DNA of 64,000 nucleotides, taken from positions 18,068-82,067 of IMG/VR virus record IMGVR_UViG_3300045996_001458. One strand, given 5' to 3'. Shown here piece by piece: positions 1 to 10,457 of this stretch. The notes under the pieces are model-generated. The model made no database searches and was not told the DNA's origin. It saw only the letters and a list, made by a program, of their open reading frames with translations. Source of the stretch: a virus. A program made the position numbers and the translations under genes. Each line of letters opens with the position of its first letter. Within the stretch, counting starts at the first letter, position 1.

Positions 1-1027
1 GGTCACGACTCCTCCTCGTCCACTTCGACAGCCTGAAGCGCGGTGATGGCGGCCATCCGGTTCTCGCGGGTGCGCTTCTTGTCCCACGTCTCCACGGCCT
101 TGCGTGCGGCCCAGGACAGGTTCTGGTGGCGCAGGTTCTCCAGCACAGCCCGGGCCTCATCGCTGCCCGCGGGGGCGCAGAAGGCCAGCCGGAAGCCGTT
201 GGCGGCCGTGGACTTGGTCATCAGTCCGTGGATCTCGAACGTGTCCGTGCCGGCCGCGACGGTGAACGTCTCCGCCCACACCTTCGTTACCGTGGTCGTC
301 GTGACTCCGCGCAGTTGGCGGCGATAGTTGTCCTCGGTCCAGATCACCACCTCCGCTCCCGGCTTCAACCAGTCGGGGCGCTCCACTTCGGTCATCCCTC
401 CGCCTTCCACCATCCGCAGCAAGGGCACCAGCACCACTCCCAGTCGTCGTCCGGTGTCGAGCGCACGAACACGTCGTCGGTCATTGCTCTCCCCTTCCGG
501 GAGTGAGAGGGATGGTCAGAGGCCGAGCAAGCCGCCGGACTCGCGGCGCTTCCACCACACGTCCAGCCGACGGGACTTGCGGTTGCCCATGCGCCACTGG
601 ACGCCGCACCTTCCGGGGCAGACGCCACGCGTGCGCGGTCCGTGCGCCCGCTTGTCCCACGTGGCGACGGCGTGGCACTCGGGGCAACGGTGCGGCTTGT
701 CCTCGTTGCGGGTGACCCATCGCAGTTTGGCTGTGGTCACGTCTCTCCTTGGTCTTGGTACGGGATATGGGTCAGGACAGGGGGCGGAGTCGGGTGAGGT
801 CACCGGCCACGTTCAGGCGTTCCACCGTGAACACCGTCAGTTCGTCCGCCGGCTCCCCGTCGAGCCACCACGTGCCACCCTCCGGGTTGTAGGCGAGGCG
901 ACCGGAGGCGTACAGGGCACGGACCTGTTCCTCAAGGAGCTGGACGGCCTGGGCGATGTCGTCTGTGTCGGCCATGGTGCACTCCGTTCGGCTCGGTGGT
1001 GGGTGTTCGGCCCCTTCGGGGGAGGGC

Positions 1028-1348
1028 CTACGGCACTGACGGGGCGGAGGTCGCGGCGGCGTCTTCGAGGTGCTTCACCTTGGCCTGCAACCCGGCGATC
1101 TGCTCGCGCAACTGGTCCACGTACGTCTTGCCGTTCCACACCGGCTCGCCGTTCTCATCGGCGACCTCGTACGCCTCCATGTCCTCGAACACCACGTCCA
1201 GGCTGTACTTCCGCTTGTACCCGGAGCACTGAAGGCACAGAGACGGAACGCGCTCGTGCGCCTTCTCGACGGCCGATTCGTCGTCGTCAGCCTCGACCCT
1301 GATGGTCAGGTCGGCGTTCGGCATGAACCGGACAAGGAACTCGGGCAT
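1028..1348 (-). CDS. Hypothetical phage protein with CxxC
   Basis: ORF with GAGGAG RBS, in the leftward operon. Confidence 0.6.
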   Translation of the reverse strand: MPEFLVRFMPNADLTIRVEADDDESAVEKAHERVPSLCLQCSGYKRKYSLDVVFEDMEAYEVADENGEPVWNGKTYVDQLREQIAGLQAKVKHLEDAAATSAPSVP

Positions 1349-1825
1349 CTCTTCTCCTCGGGGTTGGGGGTCAGTCGGTCATCGGGACGAGACGACCGCA
1401 GGGGGCGGGGCGGGCGGTGGAGTGGTGGCCTCCCGGGATTAGGCGTCGGTGTCCCACCGGAACGACCCGCCCTCGTAAGCGCAGGACCGGTCCGTGGTCT
1501 TGTACGTCGCGTCGCCGCCACCGTTGCCGCGCGCGTTGTTGATCGCCCACAGGTCGGCGTCCTGCACGGCCTCGTCGGCGCGGCGGAACAACTCGGCCAG
1601 CGGCGAGAACGCGTCGTACAGGTCGGCGTCGGTGCTGTCCATCAAGTCGCGGGCGGTGTGCAGGTGAGCGAGCGCCGCCTTGACGTGCCGGCCGACGAGC
1701 ATGGCCGTGGCCCGGTCCATGACCACGGGCTTGATGCCCTCCGGTTCGATGTGCATCGCTGCTTCCTTCCGGTCTGAACATCCGTGGCGTGGGCGCGTCC
1801 CCCGGCCGCGCCCCACCATGGCGGT

Positions 1826-2125
1826 TCAGGCGGACGCGCGCGGCAGGACGCTGACCGGGACCTCGCGGGTGTCGGGGTCGCAACCGAGGGGGCAGCCGTA
1901 GGTGCAGGAGTGGATCAGCGCGTACCGGAGCACCGCGCCCTGCTTGCGGACGTACAGCTTGCAGCCGTAGCCGCACTCCCGCATGACCTGCACCTCGGAC
2001 CACTCGCGGACCGGCTTGACGTAGATCCGGACGTGCTGGGCGATCTCCCGGGCCTCGCTGCCCACGATCCGGATGCGGGTGGGCGCGGCGGTGTCGGTCG
2101 TGGACTGGGTGAGCGTGGCGGTCAT
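1826..2125 (-). CDS. Hypothetical phage protein
   Basis: ORF with GGGAG RBS downstream of a palindromic operator cluster. Confidence 0.6.
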   Translation of the reverse strand: MTATLTQSTTDTAAPTRIRIVGSEAREIAQHVRIYVKPVREWSEVQVMRECGYGCKLYVRKQGAVLRYALIHSCTYGCPLGCDPDTREVPVSVLPRASA

Positions 2126-2160
2126 GTCGTCTCCCTTGGCGGCGGTTCCGGGCCTTCCCC

Positions 2161-2233
2161 GGTGTCATGACACCACGGTACAGTGGGTGTCATGACACCG
2201 GCAAGAGGTTCAGCAGAGAAATGTCATGACACC
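2161..2233. promoter_or_regulatory. Three TGTCATGACA palindromic operators
   Basis: GGTGTCATGACACC at 2161-2174 and 2186-2199; TGTCATGACACC at 2222-2233; between divergent genes. Confidence 0.8.
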
Positions 2234-2242
2234 CTTAACGGC

Positions 2243-2428
2243 GTGACCGGCAGGAGCGGGAAGGGCACCGCGCGGCAGACCGTCCGCATCGACGAGGACC
2301 TGTGGGCCAAGCTCGGCGCGGCCTGCGAATCCGCCGGCATTGACCGGTCCGCCGCGTTGCGCGCGTTCGCCCGCTGGTACGTCGGGGAGGGCGACGCCGA
2401 ACTCCCCGAGCGCCCTGCTCCCGAGTAG
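2243..2428 (+). CDS. Ribbon-helix-helix DNA-binding protein
   Basis: RQTVRIDEDLWAKLGAACESAGIDRSAALRAFARWY fits the RHH pattern; start uncertain. Confidence 0.75.
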   Translation: MTGRSGKGTARQTVRIDEDLWAKLGAACESAGIDRSAALRAFARWYVGEGDAELPERPAPE

Positions 2429-2890
2429 CCCTCCCGGTCAGGCAGCGGACGGAGACGGCGGGTCGAACACCGCGGCCACCTCGTCCAACGCCTCGTACAT
2501 CTCCTCCAGTGTCAGCCCCGGTCCGTCCGCCGTCACCGACCATCCGGCGGCGGGGACCTCCCATGCCCAACTCATGTCGTCTCCTCTCGTGTCGTCAGTC
2601 GTGCGGTCACGCTGGTCACGATTGCGTCCGGGTGAGCTTCAGCCAGGACCACTGGTCGTCGTGCTCGGTGATCTCGTAGCCGTAGCCGTGCTTCATGGCC
2701 AACAGGTCGGCCTGCGGAACGTTGGCCAACTGGATGGCCATCTCCAGGACGGGCGGACGCTCGTACTCCAGTCGCGCGTCGAGCGCGCCCATCTCCCAGC
2801 CCGCCACGTAGGACTGGTCGTCGTGGGGGCCGCCCTTGGTCGCGACGGTGACAAACGGCATCACCAGCCCGTAGCCCTGCTCTTCCTCGC

Positions 2891-3448
2891 TCACGCTGCC
2901 TCCTCGTTCGTCGGCCTGAGCTTCGCCACCACGTCGGCCCGGTAGTCCGTCACCGGGTACGGCAGGGGTCCATCGAGCAGGTGCACACCCACCGCGGCCA
3001 GCCACAGGGCGTCCCGCTCGTCGGAGCTGGTCGCCAGCACCTCGGGGAACGCCTCAGCCATGGCGGCCTTCATGGCGGCCTTGTCCGCACGCCCGTTGCC
3101 CGTCGCGTAGAGCTTCAGCGTGTTCGGGTGCACTTCCACCACCCGGGCACCCCGGTAGACGAGCGCCGAGATGGCCAGATACCAGAGGCCCGCGCGTTCG
3201 TTGGTCGAGGTGGACGCCGGGTTCGGCACCATGGCCTCCACGACCACGAGGTCGGCCGGGTGGACCCAGTCCACGATGGCAGTCTTGAGCCGGTGCAGCA
3301 CTTCGCAGCGATCCATGGGGTCGGCGAGCGTGGTCACGCCCGCCTCGCCCTTCTTGGCCGTCTCCATCACCGTGGTGCCCAGACCCCAGGTGATGCGGGC
3401 CAAGCCGCTGGAGGTGAGCGAGAGGTCAAGGCCGACGACGGCGCTCAC
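2891..3448 (-). CDS. RuvC-like Holliday junction resolvase
   Basis: VGLDLSLTSSG, VVVE, LKLYATGNGRADKAAM, DERDALWLA motifs. Confidence 0.88.
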   Translation of the reverse strand: MSAVVGLDLSLTSSGLARITWGLGTTVMETAKKGEAGVTTLADPMDRCEVLHRLKTAIVDWVHPADLVVVEAMVPNPASTSTNERAGLWYLAISALVYRGARVVEVHPNTLKLYATGNGRADKAAMKAAMAEAFPEVLATSSDERDALWLAAVGVHLLDGPLPYPVTDYRADVVAKLRPTNEEAA

Positions 3449-5470
3449 CAGGGCTCCTCGGTGCACTCGGCGTTCGCTTCCCAGCCTGTCGGGTATGCCT
3501 TGACCAGCTCGTCCCAGACGCCCACGCCGCTGTGCACCGCTCGCAGTTCGCTGCACGGGTAGGCCGCACCGCTCTTGGAGCAGAGCGCGCCGTCCTCGAA
3601 CATCGGGCCGTGGTCGGCGAATACGGCAGCCGTGGTCAGGTCACCTGTCGACAGCAGCCGGTCTGCCTCCTTGGCGTGGGCCCCGTTGACTGCCATGAAC
3701 GAGCCGGGCAGCCATGCCACGATGCCCGCCGCCGCCACGTGGATCTCGGCGTCGAGGAGCATCCGCTCCACGTCGCCCTCGTCGGGGCTCACCCCCCACC
3801 GCCTTCGATGTCGTCGGCCGGGTCGGACCCGACGACGTACTCGACGCTCATCGCCACCTCGCCGCACAGGCACGCGGTGGACTCGACCGTCGCCGTGCCT
3901 GGCCACCGGTGTCCGCCCGGAGGGCAAGTCGCGGGCACACCAGTCGCGGCGTCACCCGCCATCGCCGTCAGCACCGAGCACGGCGCGGGCACGAGCACGT
4001 CAACCTGCCCCTCCCACTCGCCCTGTTCCGGACCGGTCAGGACCGAACACGCCAGGCACGCGACCGTCGGCGTGTCGCCGTAGCATCCCGCCGGGGTGTC
4101 GTGGTCGCAGTCACCCTCGGCGCAGCTCTCGTCCATCAGCAGCACCGGGCGATGCGCGGTCACATGCCCCAGCACCCGCGGCCAGCGTTCGCTGTCCGCG
4201 TCGTAGTCCCGCTCCGCACGGCGGTCGGCGAGGAGTCGTCGGCAGATCCGCACCGCGATCAGCGGATCGACCGGCACCAGGGACAGGGCGTGCGTCTCGG
4301 CGCCGGTCGGGGTGAGCACCGCGAGTTCGACCTCCTCCGTGCCGCGTTGGAGAGCGACGGACCACGCGCACTCCGGGCACAGCGTGTGGTTGTCGACGTG
4401 CCTGTTGCCGCGTGCGAAGCCGCCCCAGTGGCGGGCGATGACCGCGGTCGAGCCGCACTCCGTCGCAGCGCGGACGCGTCGGGCGGAACTGTCGCCCATC
4501 TCCACCGCGCGGACCGCGTGGTCGTGGCCGATGGCGTGGATCGGGCCGGGCCTGTCGTCGATGCCGATGACGTGCGACACGGCGGGGATGGGTGGTAGCG
4601 GTTCAACCTCGGTGTCGATCACGACTCGCCTCCGTCCGGCCCGCCATGCGATGCCGGGTGCCACCAGTCGCATGGCGGCTCGGTCTGCCTTCGGCGCAAC
4701 CCCCGACCGTCGCGGATCTGCTGCGACAGGTCGGCCAGCATCGCGTTGAGCGTGTTCGAGATCGCCGCCAACCACATGCTGTTACCCGTGGCGTCGCCCT
4801 CCCACAGGTCCGCGATGGCGTGGATGGTGCCGATCACCACGTCCTTCGCCGTGTGCGGTACGCCGGAGTCGGTCAGCCGCAGGAGCGTCGAGTGCAGACG
4901 TCGGGCCACCTCGCGTCCCATCTCCAAGTCGTCTTCGAAGCCGCCCGCCTTCGCGGCCCGGTCGAGGTCGTAGCGCACGGCGTCCACATCCGTGCGCGGG
5001 TTGCCGGTGTCGTTCACGACTCGGCTCCTTCGATGTCGTCGGCCATCAGTTCCAGGTCTCCGGAGTCCGGCCAGTCCTCGTCGGTGCCCTCGTCGTCCAT
5101 CAACTCGACCAACTCGCGGAGCACCGCCGCGGTGGCGGCCTTCGCCAAGGCGTCGTAGGTCAGGTCCGTCGACCCTTGGCCAGTGAGCGCCTTTCGGGCG
5201 GCGATCACAAGCCGGACAGCGGCGTCTGTCTCGTCGGTCAAATCCATGTCTCAGGTCTCCTCACTAGCGCCAGCGGGGTTCAGGCCGTCAGCGGCGATCT
5301 CAGGGGGTCGGACGGTGGCATTGCGTCGGGTCGCGGCGATCCACTGCTGCCACTCGGGCAGCAACCACCACGGAGGCCTCGGGTCACATCGGGGGTTGGA
5401 GTGGCGGGACCGCCCGAGACGGGGGTCGAGCGGTGTCCCGCACTCCACGCACTTCAGCAAAGTTCAGCCA

Positions 5471-5944
5471 TCAGAACGGGGGTTCCGAGTCGAACCCCGA
5501 TGCGCCCTGACGGGCGGGAGCCGGCGGCGCAGATCCCCACGGATCGTCAGCCGCTGCCGGTCGGGAGTCGGTGCCGGAGCGCTCCGCCTTGGACACCTTG
5601 GCCGTGGCGTAGCGGAGGTTCGGGCCGATGCCGTCCAGCAACAGCGACACACCGGAGCGCTTCTCGCCCGTGGCCCGGTCCTCCCACTGCTCGGTCTTCA
5701 GACGGCCGGTCACCACGACCTCGGTGCCGCGGGTGAGGGACTCGGCCATCGACTCGGCCAGTTCCTTGAACGCCGTGGCCCGGACGAAGAACACGTCCCC
5801 GTCTTCCCACTCCTGGGTCGAGGGGTTCTTGCGGCGGGAGTTGAACGCGAGGTTCACGGTGCACACCGCGGTGCCGTTCCCGGCGAACCTGAGCTCCGGA
5901 TCGGCGGTCGCCCGGCCGATACCGGTCAACGTGGGCAGGGACAT
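5471..5944 (-). CDS. ssb: Single-stranded DNA-binding protein
   Basis: GRATADPELRF...GRLKTEQWE; acidic C-terminus DSEPPF. Confidence 0.95.
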   Translation of the reverse strand: MSLPTLTGIGRATADPELRFAGNGTAVCTVNLAFNSRRKNPSTQEWEDGDVFFVRATAFKELAESMAESLTRGTEVVVTGRLKTEQWEDRATGEKRSGVSLLLDGIGPNLRYATAKVSKAERSGTDSRPAAADDPWGSAPPAPARQGASGFDSEPPF

Positions 5945-5945
5945 G

Positions 5946-6635
5946 TCAGGCAGCTCCCTTGCTCTGGCCGCCGCGGCGGCGGTCGTCGCCCTTGAGGACG
6001 ACTCGGGTGGTCATCTCGACGAGCCGGGACGTGACCCGGTCGCCGAGGATGGGCTTGAGGTCGGCGGGCTTCACGTTGCTGGTGATCAGCGTCGGCAGCT
6101 CCCGCTCGTAGCGGTGGTTGATCAGCCGGTAGTCGACTTCCTCGGTCCACTCCGTCGACTTCGCCGCGCCGAGGTCGTCGATGACCAGCAGGCGCGTGTT
6201 GGCGATCGAGCGAAACTCCTCCTCGGAGTCGACCCGTGGTCTCGGACGCAGGCGGGCGTAGATGTCCGCAGCGGTGGAGAACTGCCACGAGCACATCAGC
6301 CCGGACAGGGACAGGGCGCGTACGGCGCCGTAGGCCTGGAACGTCTTGCCCGTGCCGGTGGGTCCGAGGATCAGCAGGGATCGCCCGGTTGTGAGCGCGA
6401 CCGCGGCGCGGCCGGTGTCGCGCACCGCGTCGCTCACGAGGTCGCGCACCCAGTCGCGGATGGCGGGCACGTCAGCAACAGCCTCGGCGTAGTGGACCGG
6501 GATGGCCTTGCGGTTGTACTCCACGCCGCGCTCCACCGCCTCGCGGGCCATGAGCAGGCGCTCCCTCCGCTCGTCGTCGCCGAAGGGCAGCAACTCCTCC
6601 GACTCCAGGGAGATCACCACGGGGTCGATGTCCAC
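5946..6635 (-). CDS. DnaC/IstB-like AAA+ ATPase (helicase loader)
   Basis: Walker A GPTGTGKT, LLVIDDLG, LITSN, RVTSRLVEM. Confidence 0.9.
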   Translation of the reverse strand: MDIDPVVISLESEELLPFGDDERRERLLMAREAVERGVEYNRKAIPVHYAEAVADVPAIRDWVRDLVSDAVRDTGRAAVALTTGRSLLILGPTGTGKTFQAYGAVRALSLSGLMCSWQFSTAADIYARLRPRPRVDSEEEFRSIANTRLLVIDDLGAAKSTEWTEEVDYRLINHRYERELPTLITSNVKPADLKPILGDRVTSRLVEMTTRVVLKGDDRRRGGQSKGAA

Positions 6636-7408
6636 TACAGCTCCTCGTCGTAGGCCGACTGGTCGGCCGGGTTGGTCCATGCCTGGTGTCCGCCGACCAC
6701 TCGCAGGTGCGGCTGTTCTGGCTCGTCTTCCCAACGGCCTTGGTTCAGCCAGGTCGCCGGATGGGGGGTGAACTTCGGGTCCTGTCCGGTTCGGATCGCG
6801 GCGAACCTTTGCGCTGCCGCCACCACGGCCGCCGAGTCCGCGCCGTCCTTGAGCGCCTTGGCCCATGCCTTCTCGGCTGCCTTGCGGCCGATCTTGCGGG
6901 GGTAGGCGGCGTAGAAGCGGGCGAAGCTCTCGGCCGTCGAACGTAGAGATGACTGCTCCACTGCTCCACTGCTCCACTGCTCCACTGCTCCGGGCACTGA
7001 GTCTCCGTGGAGTTCCTCACTGTCGTCCTCAGGGAGCGGCTCAGTGAGTCCTTTGTGCATCGGGCATGGTGGGAGCCGGGATGGGGTGGGCCGGTTGGGC
7101 TTCTGGTGCTCCGACCAGTTCACGCAGTGGATGTACTTGCGACCGTCGACTTCGTACCGACAGATAGGTCCTTGCTCACCACGGAGCCCAACTTGCATCT
7201 GTTCGAGCCAGTCGTCGATGCGTCCGGAGGTGATTTTCTCGTCGTGAGGGAAGCAGTCACCGGCGATCCGCTTGGGCGCGTCGATGCCCCTGCCGCGGTC
7301 GTCCAGGTACCCCCAGAGGAGGACGAAGAAGTAGCGCATCTCGAACGGCCAGGACGCCACGAGGTCGGAGGTCCGCAGTTCAGGCTTGATGGAACGGATG
7401 CGCGCCAT
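6635..7408 (-). CDS. Phage replication initiator (Rep)
   Basis: MARIRSIKPE N-terminus; C-terminal FYAAYPRKIGRKAAEKAW...HPATWLNQGRWED; directly upstream of the DnaC-like gene. Confidence 0.85.
   Translation of the reverse strand: MARIRSIKPELRTSDLVASWPFEMRYFFVLLWGYLDDRGRGIDAPKRIAGDCFPHDEKITSGRIDDWLEQMQVGLRGEQGPICRYEVDGRKYIHCVNWSEHQKPNRPTPSRLPPCPMHKGLTEPLPEDDSEELHGDSVPGAVEQWSSGAVEQSSLRSTAESFARFYAAYPRKIGRKAAEKAWAKALKDGADSAAVVAAAQRFAAIRTGQDPKFTPHPATWLNQGRWEDEPEQPHLRVVGGHQAWTNPADQSAYDEEL
6952..6991. repeat. Five tandem ACTGCTCC octamers inside rep (candidate origin iterons)
   Basis: Perfect 8-bp x5 repeat read directly. Confidence 0.85.
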
Positions 7409-7695
7409 CAGACGTTCGCCCCCTTCCGGGCGTTGCAGGAGTTGCAGAGAGCCTGCAAGTTGTCCACCTCGAACTTGCCGCCGAACAGGTACGGCCACAC
7501 GTGGTCAAGCGCCAGGTAGCGCACTCCGAACTTGCCGTTCGGCTTCCGGTAGGTGTCGCCGAGCGCGAACTCCCCGTCGTAGCCCTCAGGAACCACGGGC
7601 TTCCACCCGCAGGACTTGCAGGCGTACCCGTCACGCTCGTAGACGGCAAGACGGGTGCGCTTGAGCCGGGTGAGGCCGACCTTGGGCCGGGCCAT
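7408..7695 (-). CDS. HNH endonuclease
   Basis: RDGYACKSC...LDHVWPYLFGG...NLQALCNSCNARK. Confidence 0.9.
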   Translation of the reverse strand: MARPKVGLTRLKRTRLAVYERDGYACKSCGWKPVVPEGYDGEFALGDTYRKPNGKFGVRYLALDHVWPYLFGGKFEVDNLQALCNSCNARKGANV

Positions 7696-8003
7696 CAGGC
7701 TGCCCCCTCGATCGGTTCGTTTACACCCAGTTCCAGACGGGTCCGGATGCGGGCGGTGGTGTACTCGGTCATGCAGGTGTGCTCGGCGATCTCCCGGTCC
7801 GTCCAGCGGCGCTGGTGCAGATGCCACACCAGGTCCTCACGGTCCCTGGTGTCCAGGACTTCCGCCGGGAGGCGGCCTTCCCAGCAGGCGAGCCACAGTG
7901 CACGGCGGGACCGGGGAACGATCGGCACCTCTTCGTTGGGTGCCGGTCGGTGGTGGTCCATGCTCGCCTCCTTGCTTGGTGGGGATGGGTGGAGAGAGGT
8001 CAC
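7695..8003 (-). CDS. Putative helix-turn-helix protein
   Basis: WTDREIAEHTCMTEYTTARIR HTH-like segment. Confidence 0.6.
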   Translation of the reverse strand: MTSLHPSPPSKEASMDHHRPAPNEEVPIVPRSRRALWLACWEGRLPAEVLDTRDREDLVWHLHQRRWTDREIAEHTCMTEYTTARIRTRLELGVNEPIEGAA

Positions 8004-8332
8004 GCCGACGCTGGGCCGACGTCGGTCAGCGGGACTCCGGCGGCCAGCTGCTCACGCCACTGCCAGCGCATCTCGGCAGCCGTGTCGCCGTCCTCCATCG
8101 CCTGGTTCACCCAGACGGCGAGGCGGTGGGCACGGTCCGGGTCGTACTCGTGCAGCGCGGCGAGGAAGGCGGTTGTCGTGAATGCGAACTGGGTGCGCAG
8201 CGCGTTGTAGAGGGCACCACCCATGTCGCCGCGGTCGACGCAGCCGACGATCTTCTCCTCGGCCACGTCGGCGTCGGCGAGCGCGTGACGCATGAACGAT
8301 CCTGCGTCCTTGATCTCGGGCTTGTCGCTCAT
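8000..8332 (-). CDS. Hypothetical protein (paralog of 18036-18404)
   Basis: Shared DP..A.RL..W...WR.Q..AG.PL motif. Confidence 0.65.
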   Translation of the reverse strand: MSDKPEIKDAGSFMRHALADADVAEEKIVGCVDRGDMGGALYNALRTQFAFTTTAFLAALHEYDPDRAHRLAVWVNQAMEDGDTAAEMRWQWREQLAAGVPLTDVGPASA

Positions 8333-8859
8333 GCCGCTCTCCCCATCTCGACCTGCAACGGGTGGGGCTCGCACTCCACCCAGCCGTTCTGTCCGTTCCC
8401 GTCCGGTTCACCCGGCATGGCCCAGTGGTCCCGGAACCGCAGCACCGGCCACGTCTCCGGGGTGACCATCGGGCCGCTCGGCACCAGCCAGCCCTCACGG
8501 GTCGCCCACTGGCGGGCCTGGTTCTCGATCTCGTCGTGACACATGCCGGGCGTGGTGGCCGACCCGCACACCGTCACGAGGTTGCACATCGTGTTCTTCC
8601 CGCCCCTGCCCCTCGGTAGGCGGTGCTGGAGGGAGTAGTACGGCGGGACGATGTCGTGACCGCACACTTGACACGTGGCGTCGTCTCGTGCGAGCACTGC
8701 CTTGCGCATCTTCTCGGACGGGCCGGTGTAGCGCGCGGCCTTCCGCTTCGGTGCAGGCTTGCCCTCTCTTCCGTTCCCTGTGGAGCGGAGGGAGGAGCGG
8801 CGGAGGGGTTGCCCTGTGGGCATCGGGGTCTTGCGCCGGAGTGGTTCGCCGGGCTTCAT
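8329..8859 (-). CDS. HNH endonuclease-like protein
   Basis: RDDATCQVC...LQHRLPRGRGG...NLVTVCG...CH. Confidence 0.8.
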   Translation of the reverse strand: MKPGEPLRRKTPMPTGQPLRRSSLRSTGNGREGKPAPKRKAARYTGPSEKMRKAVLARDDATCQVCGHDIVPPYYSLQHRLPRGRGGKNTMCNLVTVCGSATTPGMCHDEIENQARQWATREGWLVPSGPMVTPETWPVLRFRDHWAMPGEPDGNGQNGWVECEPHPLQVEMGRAA

Positions 8860-9341
8860 GAACTCACCTCGGCGCGCTCGACAACCGGACGCCACACGTG
8901 CTCCGGGAACCTCAGCACCGACTCGTACTCCGGCAGGTCTTCGGCCGGCACGTGAAAGCGGAGCGAGGTCGACGTGGCCGGTAGCGGCTCGGCGTCGAAC
9001 ATGGTGAAGAACCGGGGCGTGCAACCCGTCAACCCGGCGAGCAGGCATAGTTGCTCCCACGTCGGGTACAGCTCGCCCGCTTCCCATCGGTCCACATCCG
9101 GCTCTTCCGCACCGCAAGCCACGTCCACCTCCGGGCCGTACAGGTCTGCCATGTTGAGTGCGGTGGTGATACGCCACGGCACGACGAGCCCGGCGGCCCA
9201 CTTGCGGCGGCCCTTGGCCATATCGCGTTCGTGGCTGGCTTCCGCCTGGTGCTTGCGGGCGAGGATCGCCGTGCGACGCCGTTGCGCTTCAGCGGGATCA
9301 AGTCGCTGGCCGGCCTTGCCCCACCGCTTCCGCTCGCTCAC
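8856..9341 (-). CDS. XRE-like HTH protein
   Basis: VDRWEAGELYPTWEQLCLLAGLTG motif. Confidence 0.7.
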   Translation of the reverse strand: MSERKRWGKAGQRLDPAEAQRRRTAILARKHQAEASHERDMAKGRRKWAAGLVVPWRITTALNMADLYGPEVDVACGAEEPDVDRWEAGELYPTWEQLCLLAGLTGCTPRFFTMFDAEPLPATSTSLRFHVPAEDLPEYESVLRFPEHVWRPVVERAEVSS

Positions 9342-9720
9342 TGCTCCGCCCTCCCCGTCAACCGTCCGGTCTCGAACGCGGACTTCCACAGTTCGTCGAT
9401 CCGCTCGATCGGGTCCTTCCAGCCGGGCAGGGCGAGGTCGAGCGCGTCGTGCAGCCACTCTGATGGCGGTTCGGGGCACCCGCCGTCGCCAACGTGCACC
9501 AACGCCCAGCCACGTTCGGCGAGTCGGTCACGGAACGAGCCATCGGTGATGGAGTCGAGCACCGCCGACGCCACGGCCTCGCCGACCCAGTCGGCAGGCC
9601 GGTCCGGGCGGTTGTCGACGACCCGCCGCCACTCGGCCTCGCGCTTCTCGGTCGCGCGGTGCACGGCGTCGCGCTCCGCCTTGGGCATCGCCTCCCAAGT
9701 GGCTTCGTCGATGGGCCCGC

Positions 9721-10104
9721 TCACTGCCCCTCCTCGTCGTTGTGCTCGTACAACAGGCAGTTAAGCCCTGCCCCCATGGCCAAGTCGTAGGTGTGACGTG
9801 CCCCTTTGGAGTGGTTGTGGATGAACGCGAGGATCAGATGCGGCCCGGAGCCGACCAGTTCGACCATCTCGGCGTTCCGCCGGAAGCCTGCGGCCCTGCC
9901 GTACCGCTTCCAGTCCGCCGGGTGCCGCTCCACCGCACCGCCCAGGTCACGCCAGATACCGGCAGCCTGCCGGTCCCCCTGCGGGGCGTCGCCGTGATGC
10001 AGCACCGCGTCCGGGTAGTAGGCGTGGATCTCGGTCAACTTCTCCCGCACCACGGACCAGCGTGTCCAGGAGCGCGAGATCGTCACGAGAATCCGGGGGC
10101 TCAC
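9721..10104 (-). CDS. SLOG family (DUF2493/YspA-like) protein
   Basis: ILVTISRSW, HGDAPQGDR, PADWKRYGRAAGFRRNAEMV, SKGARHT. Confidence 0.85.
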   Translation of the reverse strand: MSPRILVTISRSWTRWSVVREKLTEIHAYYPDAVLHHGDAPQGDRQAAGIWRDLGGAVERHPADWKRYGRAAGFRRNAEMVELVGSGPHLILAFIHNHSKGARHTYDLAMGAGLNCLLYEHNDEEGQ

Positions 10105-10457
10105 ACCGCACCTCCCGGAACCTGGTACATGGCCCGGATAGAGGCCCCGATCGACTGGTACGCCCGCAGCTTCTCCGTCAGCGCGCGGGCGGTGCGCTCA
10201 GCGTGCCTGAACGCCACCTCCGCGACGTCGGCCGCTTCCAGCTCCTTCTCAGTGGCGAGGATCGCCGCATACTTCTTCGCGTGCGCCGGCCCGGTCCAGT
10301 TGATGTAGGCGTGGGCGAACGCCACGTCGTAGGCGCGTCGGGCGTCACGTGCCTTGGCCTCCGCGTTGGACACCACGGGCACGCCGCGGGCGATGTCGTT
10401 GGCCACAGCGCTGATCTGCTGCTCGATGTCCACCGGGTTGAGAACGTCTCCGGTCAT
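10101..10457 (-). CDS. Hypothetical coiled-coil phage protein
   Basis: Translationally coupled ORF in the leftward operon. Confidence 0.6.
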   Translation of the reverse strand: MTGDVLNPVDIEQQISAVANDIARGVPVVSNAEAKARDARRAYDVAFAHAYINWTGPAHAKKYAAILATEKELEAADVAEVAFRHAERTARALTEKLRAYQSIGASIRAMYQVPGGAV

